Origin: Candidatus Ryanbacteria bacterium
GTDB lineage: Bacteria > Patescibacteriota > Minisyncoccia > Ryanbacterales > GWA2-47-10b
DNA: 47,324 nt
Assembly: GCA_009691385.1 (NCBI GenBank)
Contig: SICQ01000002.1
Span: forward strand, 1 to 47,324
Direction of reading: 5' to 3'
Part shown: positions 1 through 9,926 of the stretch, one piece after another
Layout of the letters: every line of letters starts with the position of its first letter
Numbering within the stretch: the stretch's first letter is position 1
The notes under the pieces: generated by a model
The model's input: only the letters and a program-made list of their open reading frames with translations
What the model was told of the DNA's origin: nothing
Database searches by the model: none
Made by a program: the position numbers and the translations under genes

Positions 1-437
1 GCGACCGCCTTCACGATGAAGGCCTCGCCCGATGCTGGTCCGTAGCGCCGGCCGTTCCATTTGAGCATCCCCTTGGCGTTGGGGATCACCACACCCGAGT
101 TGCAAGCACGCTCGATGAGCTCGCCAACCTTCTCGCGGGCACTTACACCTTCGATGGCGCATGCCGGCAATTGATCGAGAATAGCAACCGCCGCCGCGCA
201 CATGCGGTAGTAGTTGCTGAGCACGGGGTTCTGACGCAGAAAACGCGTCATATCTCCCGATACAAACTCGGCGACACGCCTGACGAGTGCGAGATCGTCA
301 GTGTTGATGCCGGCACCACCCGAGAGCTCTGTGGCACGAGTGCGCACCACCTCCTCGAGGATCAGCCGCTGACTCTCGCGCACGACATCCGTGGCGAGCG
401 TGCCCAACACATCTTCGCGTCCTTGTGTTGCGGGCAT
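1..437 (-). CDS. Hypothetical protein, 5' part (runs off the left edge; not in the ORF track)
   Basis: ATG at 437 follows SD AAAGGAGGGT. The frame is open to position 1 (MPATQGREDVLGTLATDVVRESQRLILEEVVR...GEAFIVKAV). No family recognised. Confidence 0.75.
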   Translation of the reverse strand, partial: MPATQGREDVLGTLATDVVRESQRLILEEVVRTRATELSGGAGINTDDLALVRRVAEFVSGDMTRFLRQNPVLSNYYRMCAAAVAILDQLPACAIEGVSAREKVGELIERACNSGVVIPNAKGMLKWNGRRYGPASGEAFIVKAV

Positions 438-499
438 GATACCCTCCTTTCTTTGTCTTGGCGCTTTCGCGCGTTTTTCTGGTGCTGAAGTTCGAAAAA

Positions 500-527
500 A
501 GTATATCATTTTATTCTATTTTGTCAA
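500..527 (-). promoter_or_regulatory. sigma70-type promoter for the 1..437 gene
   Basis: TTGACA(527-522)-16 nt-TATACT(505-500), with an extended -10 TG. Confidence 0.65.
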
Positions 528-535
528 GTTATCCA

Positions 536-563
536 TTGACGAAGCTGAATCTCTTCGCATACT
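536..563 (+). promoter_or_regulatory. sigma70-type promoter for dprA
   Basis: TTGACG(536-541)-16 nt-CATACT(558-563), 9 nt before the ATG. Confidence 0.5.
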
Positions 564-572
564 CTCAAAACT

Positions 573-1442
573 ATGGAGCCTTCTATATATAGCATTACGC
601 ACACGCACCAAGGATGGCCTGCGCTCCTGCGCGAACTACCCCCAAAGGCAGTTCCTGCCGCGCTCCATATAAAAGGTGCTCTCCCCTCACCTGACACGCT
701 CATTGTAGGTATCGTGGGTAGCCGTAACCCCACTCGCTACGGCAAAGATATGACCGAGGAGATAGCGCGAGCACTCGCTCGTCGTGGCATCGTCATCGCG
801 TCTGGTATGGCGCGAGGTGTCGACACCATTGCGCATCGTGCCGCACTTGATGTGGGTACGCCAACGATCGCAGTACTCGGCTCGGGACTTTCTGAAAAAG
901 TAATATACCCTAAAGACAACATTGGCCTTTCGCGTGAGATCGCCACCAAAAATGGCGCAGTGATATCCGAATACGGCGCTGACCAAAAACCCGAGCTCTG
1001 GACATTTCCCCAAAGAAACCGTATTATTGCGGGCATCGCGAAAGCAGTCATTGTGACCGAAGCTGGCGAGAAGTCGGGCGCGCTTATCACCGCGCGCTAC
1101 GCTCTCGAATACGGGCGTGATGTGCTCGCCTTGCCGGGACAGATGACAAGCCCCCTCTCGCGCGGCACCAACGCTCTTATCAAAGAAGGCGCGATACCAA
1201 TTGTGAGCATCGATAGCATCTTTGAAGCGCTTGGCATTGAAATATCATCGGAGATAAAAAATACTATGGCTTATTCGCCCGATGAGCAAACTATTTTAGA
1301 ACATTTGACCGAAGAACTTTCGACCGACGAGATTATCAAACGAACGCGTCTCGCCCCTCAAGTGGTGCTCGCCAGTACCGCGTCACTCGAGATTGAGGGT
1401 ATGATTAAACAGACAGGAGGAGTATGGCGTAAACTCATCTAA
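573..1442 (+). CDS. dprA: DNA-processing protein DprA
   Basis: VGIVGSR, SGMARGVDTIAH, FPQRNRIIAG, SGALITA motifs and a C-terminal wHTH. Lies upstream of topA, the usual synteny. Confidence 0.95.
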   Translation: MEPSIYSITHTHQGWPALLRELPPKAVPAALHIKGALPSPDTLIVGIVGSRNPTRYGKDMTEEIARALARRGIVIASGMARGVDTIAHRAALDVGTPTIAVLGSGLSEKVIYPKDNIGLSREIATKNGAVISEYGADQKPELWTFPQRNRIIAGIAKAVIVTEAGEKSGALITARYALEYGRDVLALPGQMTSPLSRGTNALIKEGAIPIVSIDSIFEALGIEISSEIKNTMAYSPDEQTILEHLTEELSTDEIIKRTRLAPQVVLASTASLEIEGMIKQTGGVWRKLI

Positions 1443-1444
1443 CT

Positions 1445-3517
1445 ATGGCAACAAAATCAAAACCGAGAGCGAAAAAACTCAAAACACTCGTCATCGTCGA
1501 GTCACCTACCAAAGCGAGAACCATCTCGCGCTTTTTGAGCTCCGCCTACATCGTTGAATCAAGCTTTGGTCATATCCGCGATCTACCAAGCTCCAGTCTC
1601 GGCATCAATGTCGAGGGAGATTTTGCGCCCAAGTACATCATCCCCCGCAAAAAAAGTCCCGCGGTCAAAGTACTCAAAGCGGCGGCAAAGAAAGCAAACC
1701 GTATCATTCTTGCGACTGACGAGGATCGCGAAGGTGAGGCAATCGCGTGGCATTTGGCTGCCGCGCTCAATATCGAAGTACCCGAACGCATCGTATTTCA
1801 TGAGATCACCAAAACTGCGATTGAAGAAGCGCTCTTGCATCCGCGCCCGCTCGATCTGCATCTTGTCGATGCCCAGCAAGCACGCCGCGTTCTTGACAGG
1901 CTTGTAGGATACAAACTCTCGCCCTTTTTGTGGAAAAAAGTTATGCGCGGACTTTCTGCCGGCCGCGTACAGTCAGTAGCATTGCGCTTGATTGCTGAGC
2001 GCGAACGCGAACGCGAAGCATTTATCAAACAAGAATATTGGACCATCGGTGGATCATTTTTTACGCCATCGCGCGCGCAATTTACCGCAGAGCTCGTATC
2101 TATCAGCGGTAAGTCTCTCGAGAAGTTTGATATACCATCAGAAGAAGCTGCAAAAAATCTTGAGAAAAAACTTGCGGGCAGAGAATGGCTCATCGAATCA
2201 GTCGAAAAAAAGCGATCATCGCGCGCGCCTGCCGCACCCTTTACTACGAGTACCCTTCAACAAGAAGCCTCGCGCCGCCTGCGCTTTAGTGCAAAGCAAA
2301 CCATGATGCTCGCCCAACAGCTCTATGAAGGTATCGAGGTGACTGAGGGCTCGGTGGGTCTGATCACCTACATGCGTACCGACTCGACCAATCTCTCGGT
2401 ATCGTCGCAGACAGCGGCGCGTGAGTATCTGACAAAAGAACTTGGTACCGAGTACGCTATGGAAACCGCGCGCGTATACAAGACAAAATCAAAAGGCGCG
2501 CAAGAAGCTCACGAAGCTATCCGCCCGTCTGATGTATGGCGTACACCCGAGTCAGTAGCGCCCCATCTCGATCCCAAGCAGGCAAAACTCTACGAGCTTA
2601 TCTGGCGCCGCTTTGTCGCCTCACAAATGCCCAACGCCATCTTTGATGTCTCGACTATTGTCGTCGCGGACAAAAAAGAAGTGGGCACCAAATTTCGCAC
2701 ATCGGGTCAGATAATCTCCTTTGATGGTTTTTTAAAAGTATGGAAAACAAAATCCGAAGAGCTCGAACTGCCTGATGTAAAAGAACAACAAATCGTATCA
2801 CTCGAATCGATTGATCCCACGCAACACTTTACCGAACCGCCCGCGCGCTTTTCTGACGCGACACTGGTCAAGATACTTGAAAAAAATGGCATCGGACGGC
2901 CATCAACCTACGCACCGACCATCTCGACAATCATCGAGCGCGGCTATGTAGTACGCGATCCACAGCGGCGCTTTCAACCATCAGAGGTTGGCCTCATCGT
3001 AAACGATCTTATCGTAGAACACTTCCCCGAGGTTGTTGACCTTGCCTTTACCGCCGAGATGGAAGAAAAATTTGACCAGATTGCAGAGGGAGAGAAAGAA
3101 TGGATGCCGATTATTAAAGATTTTTACGAACCGTTTGCCAAGCACCTCGAAGAAAAATATGAAACGGTAGAAAAGCGTGAGATGACCGAACCTGCGGGTG
3201 AAGATTGCCCAAACTGTGGCAAGCCCATGATCATCCGTCATGGCCGCTTTGGTAGATTTATCGCCTGCTCCGGATTTCCTGACTGTAAAACGACCAAAAC
3301 CCTTCCGCCAAAATCAATCGGCATCAAATGCCCCGAATGCAACGAGGGTGATTTAGTTGAACGCAAAACACGCCAACGCCGACTTTTTTACGGATGCTCA
3401 CGCTACCCTACCTGCAAATATGCTACCTGGAAACGCCCCGGTAACCCTGATGCTGAAGGTGAAGAGGCAAAAAAAGATGACGACAAAGAACAGGAGCAAG
3501 AACCAGACGACGAATAA
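1445..3517 (+). CDS. topA: DNA topoisomerase I
   Basis: TOPRIM motifs VIVESPTK and ATDEDREGE, SAGRVQS, catalytic ITYMRTDS, two C-terminal Zn ribbons. Confidence 0.97.
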   Translation: MATKSKPRAKKLKTLVIVESPTKARTISRFLSSAYIVESSFGHIRDLPSSSLGINVEGDFAPKYIIPRKKSPAVKVLKAAAKKANRIILATDEDREGEAIAWHLAAALNIEVPERIVFHEITKTAIEEALLHPRPLDLHLVDAQQARRVLDRLVGYKLSPFLWKKVMRGLSAGRVQSVALRLIAEREREREAFIKQEYWTIGGSFFTPSRAQFTAELVSISGKSLEKFDIPSEEAAKNLEKKLAGREWLIESVEKKRSSRAPAAPFTTSTLQQEASRRLRFSAKQTMMLAQQLYEGIEVTEGSVGLITYMRTDSTNLSVSSQTAAREYLTKELGTEYAMETARVYKTKSKGAQEAHEAIRPSDVWRTPESVAPHLDPKQAKLYELIWRRFVASQMPNAIFDVSTIVVADKKEVGTKFRTSGQIISFDGFLKVWKTKSEELELPDVKEQQIVSLESIDPTQHFTEPPARFSDATLVKILEKNGIGRPSTYAPTISTIIERGYVVRDPQRRFQPSEVGLIVNDLIVEHFPEVVDLAFTAEMEEKFDQIAEGEKEWMPIIKDFYEPFAKHLEEKYETVEKREMTEPAGEDCPNCGKPMIIRHGRFGRFIACSGFPDCKTTKTLPPKSIGIKCPECNEGDLVERKTRQRRLFYGCSRYPTCKYATWKRPGNPDAEGEEAKKDDDKEQEQEPDDE

Positions 3518-3520
3518 TAT

Positions 3521-5236
3521 ATGCACAAAACATGGGATCAATTTGCCAGCACCCTCACCCGCTTCTCAGATGCGGAACGAGCTCTTATTAAAAAAGCATT
3601 TGATCTCTCGGTAAGTTCGCATGCAGGACAAATGCGCGCGTCGGGTGACCCGTACATCACGCACCCAGTCGCGGTTGCCGAAAAACTTATCACACTCAAG
3701 CTTGACGCACCCGCCATCGCAGCCGCGCTCTTGCATGATGTTTTAGAAGATACCGAATTAACCAAAGAAGAAGTTGAGCGCGAGCTTGGATCAGAAGTAG
3801 CATTTTTAGTAGAGAGTCTGACAAAATTTGACCGTGTACGCTACCGCGGATTTGAGCGAGCCGCCGAATCGATGCGTAAAATGTTTTTGGCAGTCGCCCA
3901 AGATATTCGCGTAGTCATCATCAAGCTCGCTGATCGTCTGCACAATATGCACACTATTGGCGCACTCGCGCCCGAAAAACAAAAACGCATCTCCGCCGAA
4001 ACACTCGAGATCTACGCGCCGCTCGCCTACCGCCTCGGCATGGGTGAGATGAAGGGTGAACTTGAAGATTTGGCATTTCCTATTATCTATCCCGCGGAGG
4101 CAAAAAAACTTGCGAATGATGTCAAAAAAATATTGCCCCAGCGTACCGAATATGTCTCGCGGGTAGCGCCTATCGTGGAGCGTGAACTGGGTGCGGGTGG
4201 CGTAGCACACTTTACCGTAAACTTTCGCGAGAAACATTACTATAGTCTTTGGAAAAAACTTCAGCGCTATGACAATGATCTTTCGCGCATTGCGGACTTA
4301 GTGGCGCTGCGTATCATTGTCGATACCGTTGAACAGTGCTATCAAGCGCTCGGTATCATCCATGCGACCTGGCGCCCCGTACCCGGCCGTATCAAAGACT
4401 ATATCTCGATGCCAAAACCAAACGGCTATCAATCACTCCATACAACCGTCTTTTGTGAAGATGACATTGTAGCCGAATTTCAAATACGCACGCGCGCCAT
4501 GCATGAAGCAGCTGAAGTCGGCGTTACCGCCCACTGGGCGTATGTCGAGGGAGGCAAAAATAAAGCCGGTGTTAAAGTAGCCGAAGAAAAAATCGCGTGG
4601 ATACGCAAACTGCAAGAGTGGCAACAAGACTTTGCGGAAGGCGCATCAAATGAAGACTTTGTCGAAGCGCTCAAAATAGACTTTTTCAAAGATCGTATTT
4701 TTGTACTTACCCCGCGCGGCGAAGTCATCGATCTACCCGAGGGCGCGACCCCCATCGACTTTGCCTACCATGTACACTCCGAGATCGGTGATCGGATGAC
4801 GGGCGCCAAAGTAAACGGTAAGATGGTGCCCTTTACCTACGCACTCGCATCAGGCGATACCGCCGAGGTCATCACCGCAAAAAATGCAAAACCCAAACCT
4901 GACTGGCTCACCATTGCGCGATCAACCGTAGCACGCGGACATATACGCGTGGCACTCCGCCGCATGGGCATTGAGCCGGTGACGGTACGCAAATCAAACG
5001 CGCGGGCGCCAAAACACTCAACCCTCAAAATAACGCGCGTAAGCCGCGTGGGACTTCTCAAAGAGATTGTCACCCTTTTGACCAAAGAGAAAATCAATAT
5101 GCAAAAAACTGACGCGGACGCCCAAAATCCCGTCATGACTATCGAATGCATCATACCCAAGGCGTGTGACACCAAAAAACTCACGACGCGCCTCCGTCGC
5201 ATCAAAGGCGTGAAGTTAGTGGAGCTTACACCGTAA
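3521..5236 (+). CDS. rel: RelA/SpoT family (p)ppGpp synthetase/hydrolase (HD, SYNTH, TGS, ACT-like)
   Basis: PYITHP, LLHDVLED, IKLADRLHNM, KPNGYQSLHT, EFQIRT, TGS GATPIDFAY. Confidence 0.93.
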   Translation: MHKTWDQFASTLTRFSDAERALIKKAFDLSVSSHAGQMRASGDPYITHPVAVAEKLITLKLDAPAIAAALLHDVLEDTELTKEEVERELGSEVAFLVESLTKFDRVRYRGFERAAESMRKMFLAVAQDIRVVIIKLADRLHNMHTIGALAPEKQKRISAETLEIYAPLAYRLGMGEMKGELEDLAFPIIYPAEAKKLANDVKKILPQRTEYVSRVAPIVERELGAGGVAHFTVNFREKHYYSLWKKLQRYDNDLSRIADLVALRIIVDTVEQCYQALGIIHATWRPVPGRIKDYISMPKPNGYQSLHTTVFCEDDIVAEFQIRTRAMHEAAEVGVTAHWAYVEGGKNKAGVKVAEEKIAWIRKLQEWQQDFAEGASNEDFVEALKIDFFKDRIFVLTPRGEVIDLPEGATPIDFAYHVHSEIGDRMTGAKVNGKMVPFTYALASGDTAEVITAKNAKPKPDWLTIARSTVARGHIRVALRRMGIEPVTVRKSNARAPKHSTLKITRVSRVGLLKEIVTLLTKEKINMQKTDADAQNPVMTIECIIPKACDTKKLTTRLRRIKGVKLVELTP

Positions 5237-6116
5237 ACTGCTCTTCGGTTGCTTGCGTCAACCGTTCGTTCTCGATTCGTTCTTCGCGCTCACGCATAAG
5301 TTTTGCCGCGATACCATAGAGCTCTTCGTCTGAGAAAAATTCGATAGAGATTTTGCCCTTACCACCTGCCTCTTTGTGAATCTCAACGCGCGTACCAAGT
5401 ACATTGCCAAGCCGTTCTTCTACCGCGCGAGTCTCGGCACTCGGCAGATCTTCTACTTTGCGTGCGCGCTCACGAGCAATGCGGCGCGAGATACGCTCCG
5501 CCTCACGCACCGAGATATGGTGATCAAGAATATCAAGAAATAATTCTTTTTGTTCTTCGGGTCGCGTAGATAACATGAGGAGAGGCCGCGTGTGACCTTC
5601 GGTTATTTTCCCACCGCGTACCGCTTCCTGCATGTCTTGGGGCAACATCAAGATACGAATAGTATTGGCAATCGATTCGCGTGACTTGCCTACGCGTCCT
5701 GCGATCTCGGGCTGCTTCATCCCAAACTCATCGATCAACCGTTTGTAGGCGATTGCGCGCTCAATAGCGTTGAGATCTTGGCGTTGCACATTTTCTACCA
5801 AGGCAAGCTCAAGACGAACCTTTGCCGGCTCTTCGCGACGAATAGTAACAGGAACTTCACGAAGACCAATCATTTGCGAAGCGCGAAAACGCCTTTCACC
5901 TGCTACGAGCTCATAGGTCACCTCAGTACCGGTCTCACTCTCACGCTCGATGCGGGTTACGACCAGCGCCTGCAAAATACCATATTGGCGGATTGATTCG
6001 GCAAGGCCCTTGAGTGCCGCCTCGTCAAACTCGGTACGAGGCTGGTAGGGATTGGGCTTGATCTTTTCTATGGGTATCCAGAAGACACTCTCTTTTTCTT
6101 TCAATTCGTCAGGCAT
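5226..6116 (-). CDS. parB: ParB/Spo0J chromosome partitioning protein
   Basis: PNPYQPR, LVAGERRFRAS, ALVENVQRQDLN, HTH region VGKSRESIAN. Confidence 0.95.
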   Translation of the reverse strand: MPDELKEKESVFWIPIEKIKPNPYQPRTEFDEAALKGLAESIRQYGILQALVVTRIERESETGTEVTYELVAGERRFRASQMIGLREVPVTIRREEPAKVRLELALVENVQRQDLNAIERAIAYKRLIDEFGMKQPEIAGRVGKSRESIANTIRILMLPQDMQEAVRGGKITEGHTRPLLMLSTRPEEQKELFLDILDHHISVREAERISRRIARERARKVEDLPSAETRAVEERLGNVLGTRVEIHKEAGGKGKISIEFFSDEELYGIAAKLMREREERIENERLTQATEEQFTV

Positions 6117-6122
6117 GCATCC

Positions 6123-6151
6123 AGAATAGAGAAATATTGGAAAAATGACAA
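6123..6151 (-). promoter_or_regulatory. Leaderless-type promoter of parB
   Basis: TTGTCA-17-TATTCT; the -10 box is 6 nt from ATG 6116. Confidence 0.6.
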
Positions 6152-6165
6152 CGGAATGCTAGTAT
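6137..6165 (+). promoter_or_regulatory. Promoter of tRNA-Leu
   Basis: TTGGAA-17-TAGTAT with an extended TG. Confidence 0.5.
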
Positions 6166-6182
6166 GGTGGAGAATCATATTT

Positions 6183-6266
6183 GCCGCGGTGGCGGAATTG
6201 GCATACGCGCACGACTCAAAATCGTGTGTCCTCACGGGCGTGTGGGTTCGACTCCCACCCGCGGCA
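6183..6266 (+). tRNA. tRNA-Leu(CAA)
   Basis: Acceptor stem GCCGCGG/CCGCGGC plus discriminator A; anticodon arm CACGA-CTCAAAA-TCGTG; long variable arm; T arm GTTCGACTC; CCA not encoded. Confidence 0.96.
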
Positions 6267-6281
6267 CAGTATAATAAAATA

Positions 6282-7127
6282 ATGCATTTTCTCTTTCCAC
6301 TTGTAGGAAGCGTCTCTCAAGGCACTTCGTTTGTCATTGATAAGACAATCCTTTCGATGCGGCGCGTGAGTTTCCGTACTCATATGGGTGTTGGGTTTCC
6401 TATCTTTTGGCTGATGATGCTGGGCGCTTTTTTTATCTATCGCCCACCACTTTTCCCATCTACCGACATCTACCACTTGGGACTTATGGCTATCGGCATC
6501 GTGTTATCGCTCGTCACCAATATTTTTTACTATCGCGCGCTCGATGCTGATGAACTCTCTGACCTTGAAATCGTCGATTTGTTTCGCAACATCCCCATCA
6601 TCATCGTCACAAGTATCTTGTTCGCTGATGAACGCAATCCTATATTGTTTGGAGCGGGCCTTGCCGCGTCTCTCGCCATCATCTGGTCGCATTGGCAACG
6701 CGGGCATTTCTCCATGCAAAAACGCACCGTGCCGTTTCTCTTGTGGGGCATGCTGGCGGCACCCGTATCTGCAGCTATCGCAAAAGTACTCCTCGCAGTC
6801 TGGCATCCGGTAGCGCTCTTTTTAATACAAGACGCTGTGGTAACGCTCGCCGCCATATATCTGTACCATCACGAATTTAAAAAAATCACCCCAAAACTTT
6901 TGGGGCTCTTGATACTATCGAGCGCGCTTAGTGTTGGCGGATGGATCTTGTTTGGTTTGAGCTACCAACAGCTGGGCGTCGTACATACCACGCTTCTGTT
7001 CTCACTCCAGCCACTTATTGTTTATTTTGCTTCACTCGTCATACTCAAAGAGCCGCATCATTGGAAAAAAACAATAGCGTTTTTTGTGGTGCTTGTGGCA
7101 ATCCTTGTCGCAGAATTTTATCGCTAG
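6282..7127 (+). CDS. EamA/DMT family transporter
   Basis: About 10 hydrophobic segments in two repeats, ending LQPLIVYFASLVILKE. The ORF-track start (6156) runs through the tRNA; the likely ATG is 6282, 6 nt after TATAAT. Confidence 0.85.
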   Translation: MHFLFPLVGSVSQGTSFVIDKTILSMRRVSFRTHMGVGFPIFWLMMLGAFFIYRPPLFPSTDIYHLGLMAIGIVLSLVTNIFYYRALDADELSDLEIVDLFRNIPIIIVTSILFADERNPILFGAGLAASLAIIWSHWQRGHFSMQKRTVPFLLWGMLAAPVSAAIAKVLLAVWHPVALFLIQDAVVTLAAIYLYHHEFKKITPKLLGLLILSSALSVGGWILFGLSYQQLGVVHTTLLFSLQPLIVYFASLVILKEPHHWKKTIAFFVVLVAILVAEFYR

Positions 7128-7130
7128 GTC

Positions 7131-7159
7131 TTGCATAAATCATCAGAGTTTCGTACGCT
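7131..7159 (+). promoter_or_regulatory. sigma70-type promoter for the pyrE-like gene
   Basis: TTGCAT-17-TACGCT. Confidence 0.6.
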
Positions 7160-7201
7160 AGCGGCAGATTGTTCGTCATCAAAAGAAAGAGAGGTGCTCT
7201 G

Positions 7202-7861
7202 GTGACAGAAGTTGAAGCGCTCGCTATCCTCAAACGCACAGACGCGATCCGGATGGGCGGCCACTATGTCTACGCGTCATGGGATCATGGCGACACCTAT
7301 GTCGACAAAGATCGCATCCTCCAAGACCCCCACGCGGTCTTTGCGGTGACCATGGGCATCGCGGAGCTCTTGGCGCCGCACGATCCCGAAGTCATTGTGG
7401 GCCCAGAGCTTGGTGGTATCGGCATCGCGATGTTTGTCGCACACCACCTAACCGAGATCCTCGGTAAAACAGTCAAAGCGGCGTTTGCTGAGAAGATTGG
7501 CGATGAGCCACCATTTCGGTACCGGCTTCGCAAAGGACACTATGCTATCGTTGCCGGCAAACGCGTAGCGATCGTCGAAGATGTGATCAACACAGGTCAC
7601 ACCATCGAACGCGTCGTGGGCGCAGTCATGCCTCACGCAGGCAGTATGGTCGCTATCGGTGCTATCTGCGATCGCGGTGCCATCGAGCGCCGACATGTAG
7701 CTGGTGTCAGCCCCGTATGTGCGCTTACCAGCATCAAGCTCCGTACGCATGATTGGCACAATTGCCCTCTGTGCCGCCGTGGAGACGCCATCAATATCGA
7801 TCTCGGTCACGGAGTCGCTTTCCTCGCTCGCCAAGCGCGTGCGAATTCGCACCGACTCTAG
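7202..7861 (+). CDS. pyrE: Type I phosphoribosyltransferase, orotate PRTase-like
   Basis: GHYVYASWDHGDTYVDK, VGPELGGI, PRPP loop AIVEDVINTGHT, C-terminal CPLC. GTG start follows SD GAGAGGTG. Confidence 0.75.
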   Translation: MTEVEALAILKRTDAIRMGGHYVYASWDHGDTYVDKDRILQDPHAVFAVTMGIAELLAPHDPEVIVGPELGGIGIAMFVAHHLTEILGKTVKAAFAEKIGDEPPFRYRLRKGHYAIVAGKRVAIVEDVINTGHTIERVVGAVMPHAGSMVAIGAICDRGAIERRHVAGVSPVCALTSIKLRTHDWHNCPLCRRGDAINIDLGHGVAFLARQARANSHRL

Positions 7862-7863
7862 TC

Positions 7864-7886
7864 ATCCCGCATCTGCGGGATTTTTT
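7864..7886 (+). terminator. Intrinsic terminator after the pyrE-like gene
   Basis: ATCCCGC-ATCT-GCGGGAT followed by a T run. Confidence 0.75.
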
Positions 7887-8709
7887 ATTTCTCCAAGAAA
7901 GTTACAAGATTTTGAAACACCAGCGCTACGGTAAGCGGCCCTACCCCACCCTTGAGTGGCGTCATGTGCGATGCTTTTTTTGATACCGATTCTTGATCGA
8001 CATCACCTACCAATACACCGCCATCTTCCGATGTACCTACATCAACGACGACAACGCCGTCCTTGACCATCTCGCCTGTAATGACGCGCGGCTTGCCAAG
8101 ACCTGAAATAACAATATCGGCATCTTTGAGCATCTCATGATTTACCTGATCGGCGCCGTGAAGCACGGTGACGACGGCGCCCGCCCGCATCGCCCACATC
8201 GCTACCGGTTGACCTACGAGGCGCCCGGCACCCACCACAACTATTTTTTTACCTGATACTTCAACGCCATAATGCTCGAGTAATAATTTTACCGCCCCTG
8301 CTACCGGTGGCATGATGTGTGACTTGCCAACGGACACATTGCCTACCGCGCGCGCCGAGAGTACATCAACATCTTTTTCAGGAATAATCGCGTTGAGTAT
8401 CGCTTGCGCATCAATCTGCCCTGGTAGTGGAAGCTGTACGATCACGCCACTATTGCGTGGCTCGTGCACAATATCACGCATGCGCTCGCGTAAATTATTT
8501 GTTGAAATATCTACCGGCATCTCATATCGCTGTGTCTCAATGCCAACACTTTTTGCAAATACCTCTTTGAGCTCAACAAATTTTTTAGACGGCGCTGACT
8601 CGCCCACCATCACGATAGCAAGACGCGGCTTTGGTGATATACCCGATACGCGAGATGCGATATCATTTTTTATTTTTTCAAGTATTGGCTTTGCCTCTAA
8701 AAAAATCAT
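7885..8709 (-). CDS. folD: Bifunctional methylene-THF dehydrogenase/cyclohydrolase FolD
   Basis: GVIVQLPLP, EKDVD, VVVGAGRLVGQP, GGVGPLTVA. Confidence 0.93.
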   Translation of the reverse strand: MIFLEAKPILEKIKNDIASRVSGISPKPRLAIVMVGESAPSKKFVELKEVFAKSVGIETQRYEMPVDISTNNLRERMRDIVHEPRNSGVIVQLPLPGQIDAQAILNAIIPEKDVDVLSARAVGNVSVGKSHIMPPVAGAVKLLLEHYGVEVSGKKIVVVGAGRLVGQPVAMWAMRAGAVVTVLHGADQVNHEMLKDADIVISGLGKPRVITGEMVKDGVVVVDVGTSEDGGVLVGDVDQESVSKKASHMTPLKGGVGPLTVALVFQNLVTFLEK

Positions 8710-9926
8710 TTCTGTTGGGGAAACTGCTTGGCAAGGCGCGCGACACTTTTTTTGACAACATCACCGTGGATACCGCGCAATACTTCGTCGATAAAACCCG
8801 CGATCATACGCATTTGCGGCTCACGCATACCGCGTGTGGTGACATCTGCCGTACCGAGCCGAATACCTGATGGATCGCGGGGCGAACGAGTATCATACGG
8901 AATAGTATTTTTGTTCACAATAATACCAACTTCTTCGAGTGCGTCGCTCGCACGAGCACCCGAGATATCCTGCACTTGCGTATCGAGAAGTATCAAATGC
9001 GTATCGGTGCCACCTGATACAATACGCCAGCCATAGTGCGAGAGTTCACCTGAAAGCGCTCGGGCGTTTTTTATAATCTGCTTTGCATATTTTTTAAATG
9101 CTGGAGACTGCGCTTCTTGCAATGCTACCGCAACTGCGGCAATCTGGTTGGCATGTGGCCCGCCCTGCAGACCCGGAAATACTACTTTATCAATCTTTTC
9201 TGAAAATTCTTTTTTGGAAAAAATAAGCGCTGAGCGAGGACCACGAAGTGTTTTGTGTGTCGTCGTCATCACAATATCTGCATACGGAAATGGTGATGGA
9301 TACGCCTTACCGGCTACGAGTCCTGCAAAATGTGACATATCAACGAGCACCAACGCGCCAACATTATCTGCAATAGCGCGAAACTTTTTAAAATCAATAA
9401 TGCGCGAGTATGCGGTAAAACCCGCCACAATAAGTGCGGGTTTTTCTTTTTGTGCGATACGACCTATCTCATCGTAATCGAGCATCTCGGTTTTTTTATC
9501 GACACCGTAGGCGACCTGCTGCCAGACCTTACCCGTCATACTTACCTTGTGCCCGTGTGAGAGATGCCCACCCATAGTTAGCTCAAGCCCCATGATCTTG
9601 GCACCAACCGACACAAGCGCGAAATATATCGCAAGATTCGCGGGAGACCCTGAATACGGCTGCACATTGACTCCCCAAGTTTTTGACGAAAGACCAAAGA
9701 GCTTGAGTGCGCGAGCCTTTGCCAACTCTTCGAGCTCATCTATATACTCATTGCCACCGTAATAGCGAGCTTTTGGATATCCTTCGGCATATTTGTTGAC
9801 GAATATGCTACCGAGCGCCTCGCGCACATCAGCCGATGTATCATTCTCTGATGCGATCAAATTGATCACGCTCGTCTGGCGCTTTGATTCGTTCTTTATC
9901 AACTTGTCTATGTGTTTGTCTTTCAT
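8706..9926 (-). CDS. glyA: Serine hydroxymethyltransferase
   Basis: LIASEN, NKYAEGYP, GGHLSHG, PLP motif TTTHKTLRGPR, SGIRLGT. Confidence 0.97.
   Translation of the reverse strand: MKDKHIDKLIKNESKRQTSVINLIASENDTSADVREALGSIFVNKYAEGYPKARYYGGNEYIDELEELAKARALKLFGLSSKTWGVNVQPYSGSPANLAIYFALVSVGAKIMGLELTMGGHLSHGHKVSMTGKVWQQVAYGVDKKTEMLDYDEIGRIAQKEKPALIVAGFTAYSRIIDFKKFRAIADNVGALVLVDMSHFAGLVAGKAYPSPFPYADIVMTTTHKTLRGPRSALIFSKKEFSEKIDKVVFPGLQGGPHANQIAAVAVALQEAQSPAFKKYAKQIIKNARALSGELSHYGWRIVSGGTDTHLILLDTQVQDISGARASDALEEVGIIVNKNTIPYDTRSPRDPSGIRLGTADVTTRGMREPQMRMIAGFIDEVLRGIHGDVVKKSVARLAKQFPQQK

Noticed and set aside
171..488. 105-aa plus-strand ORF
   Set aside because: It is the in-register antisense shadow of the minus-strand gene at 1..437, which has the SD and promoter.
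6156..6281. N-terminal extension of the EamA ORF
   Set aside because: It runs through tRNA-Leu. The ATG at 6282 has its own -10 box.
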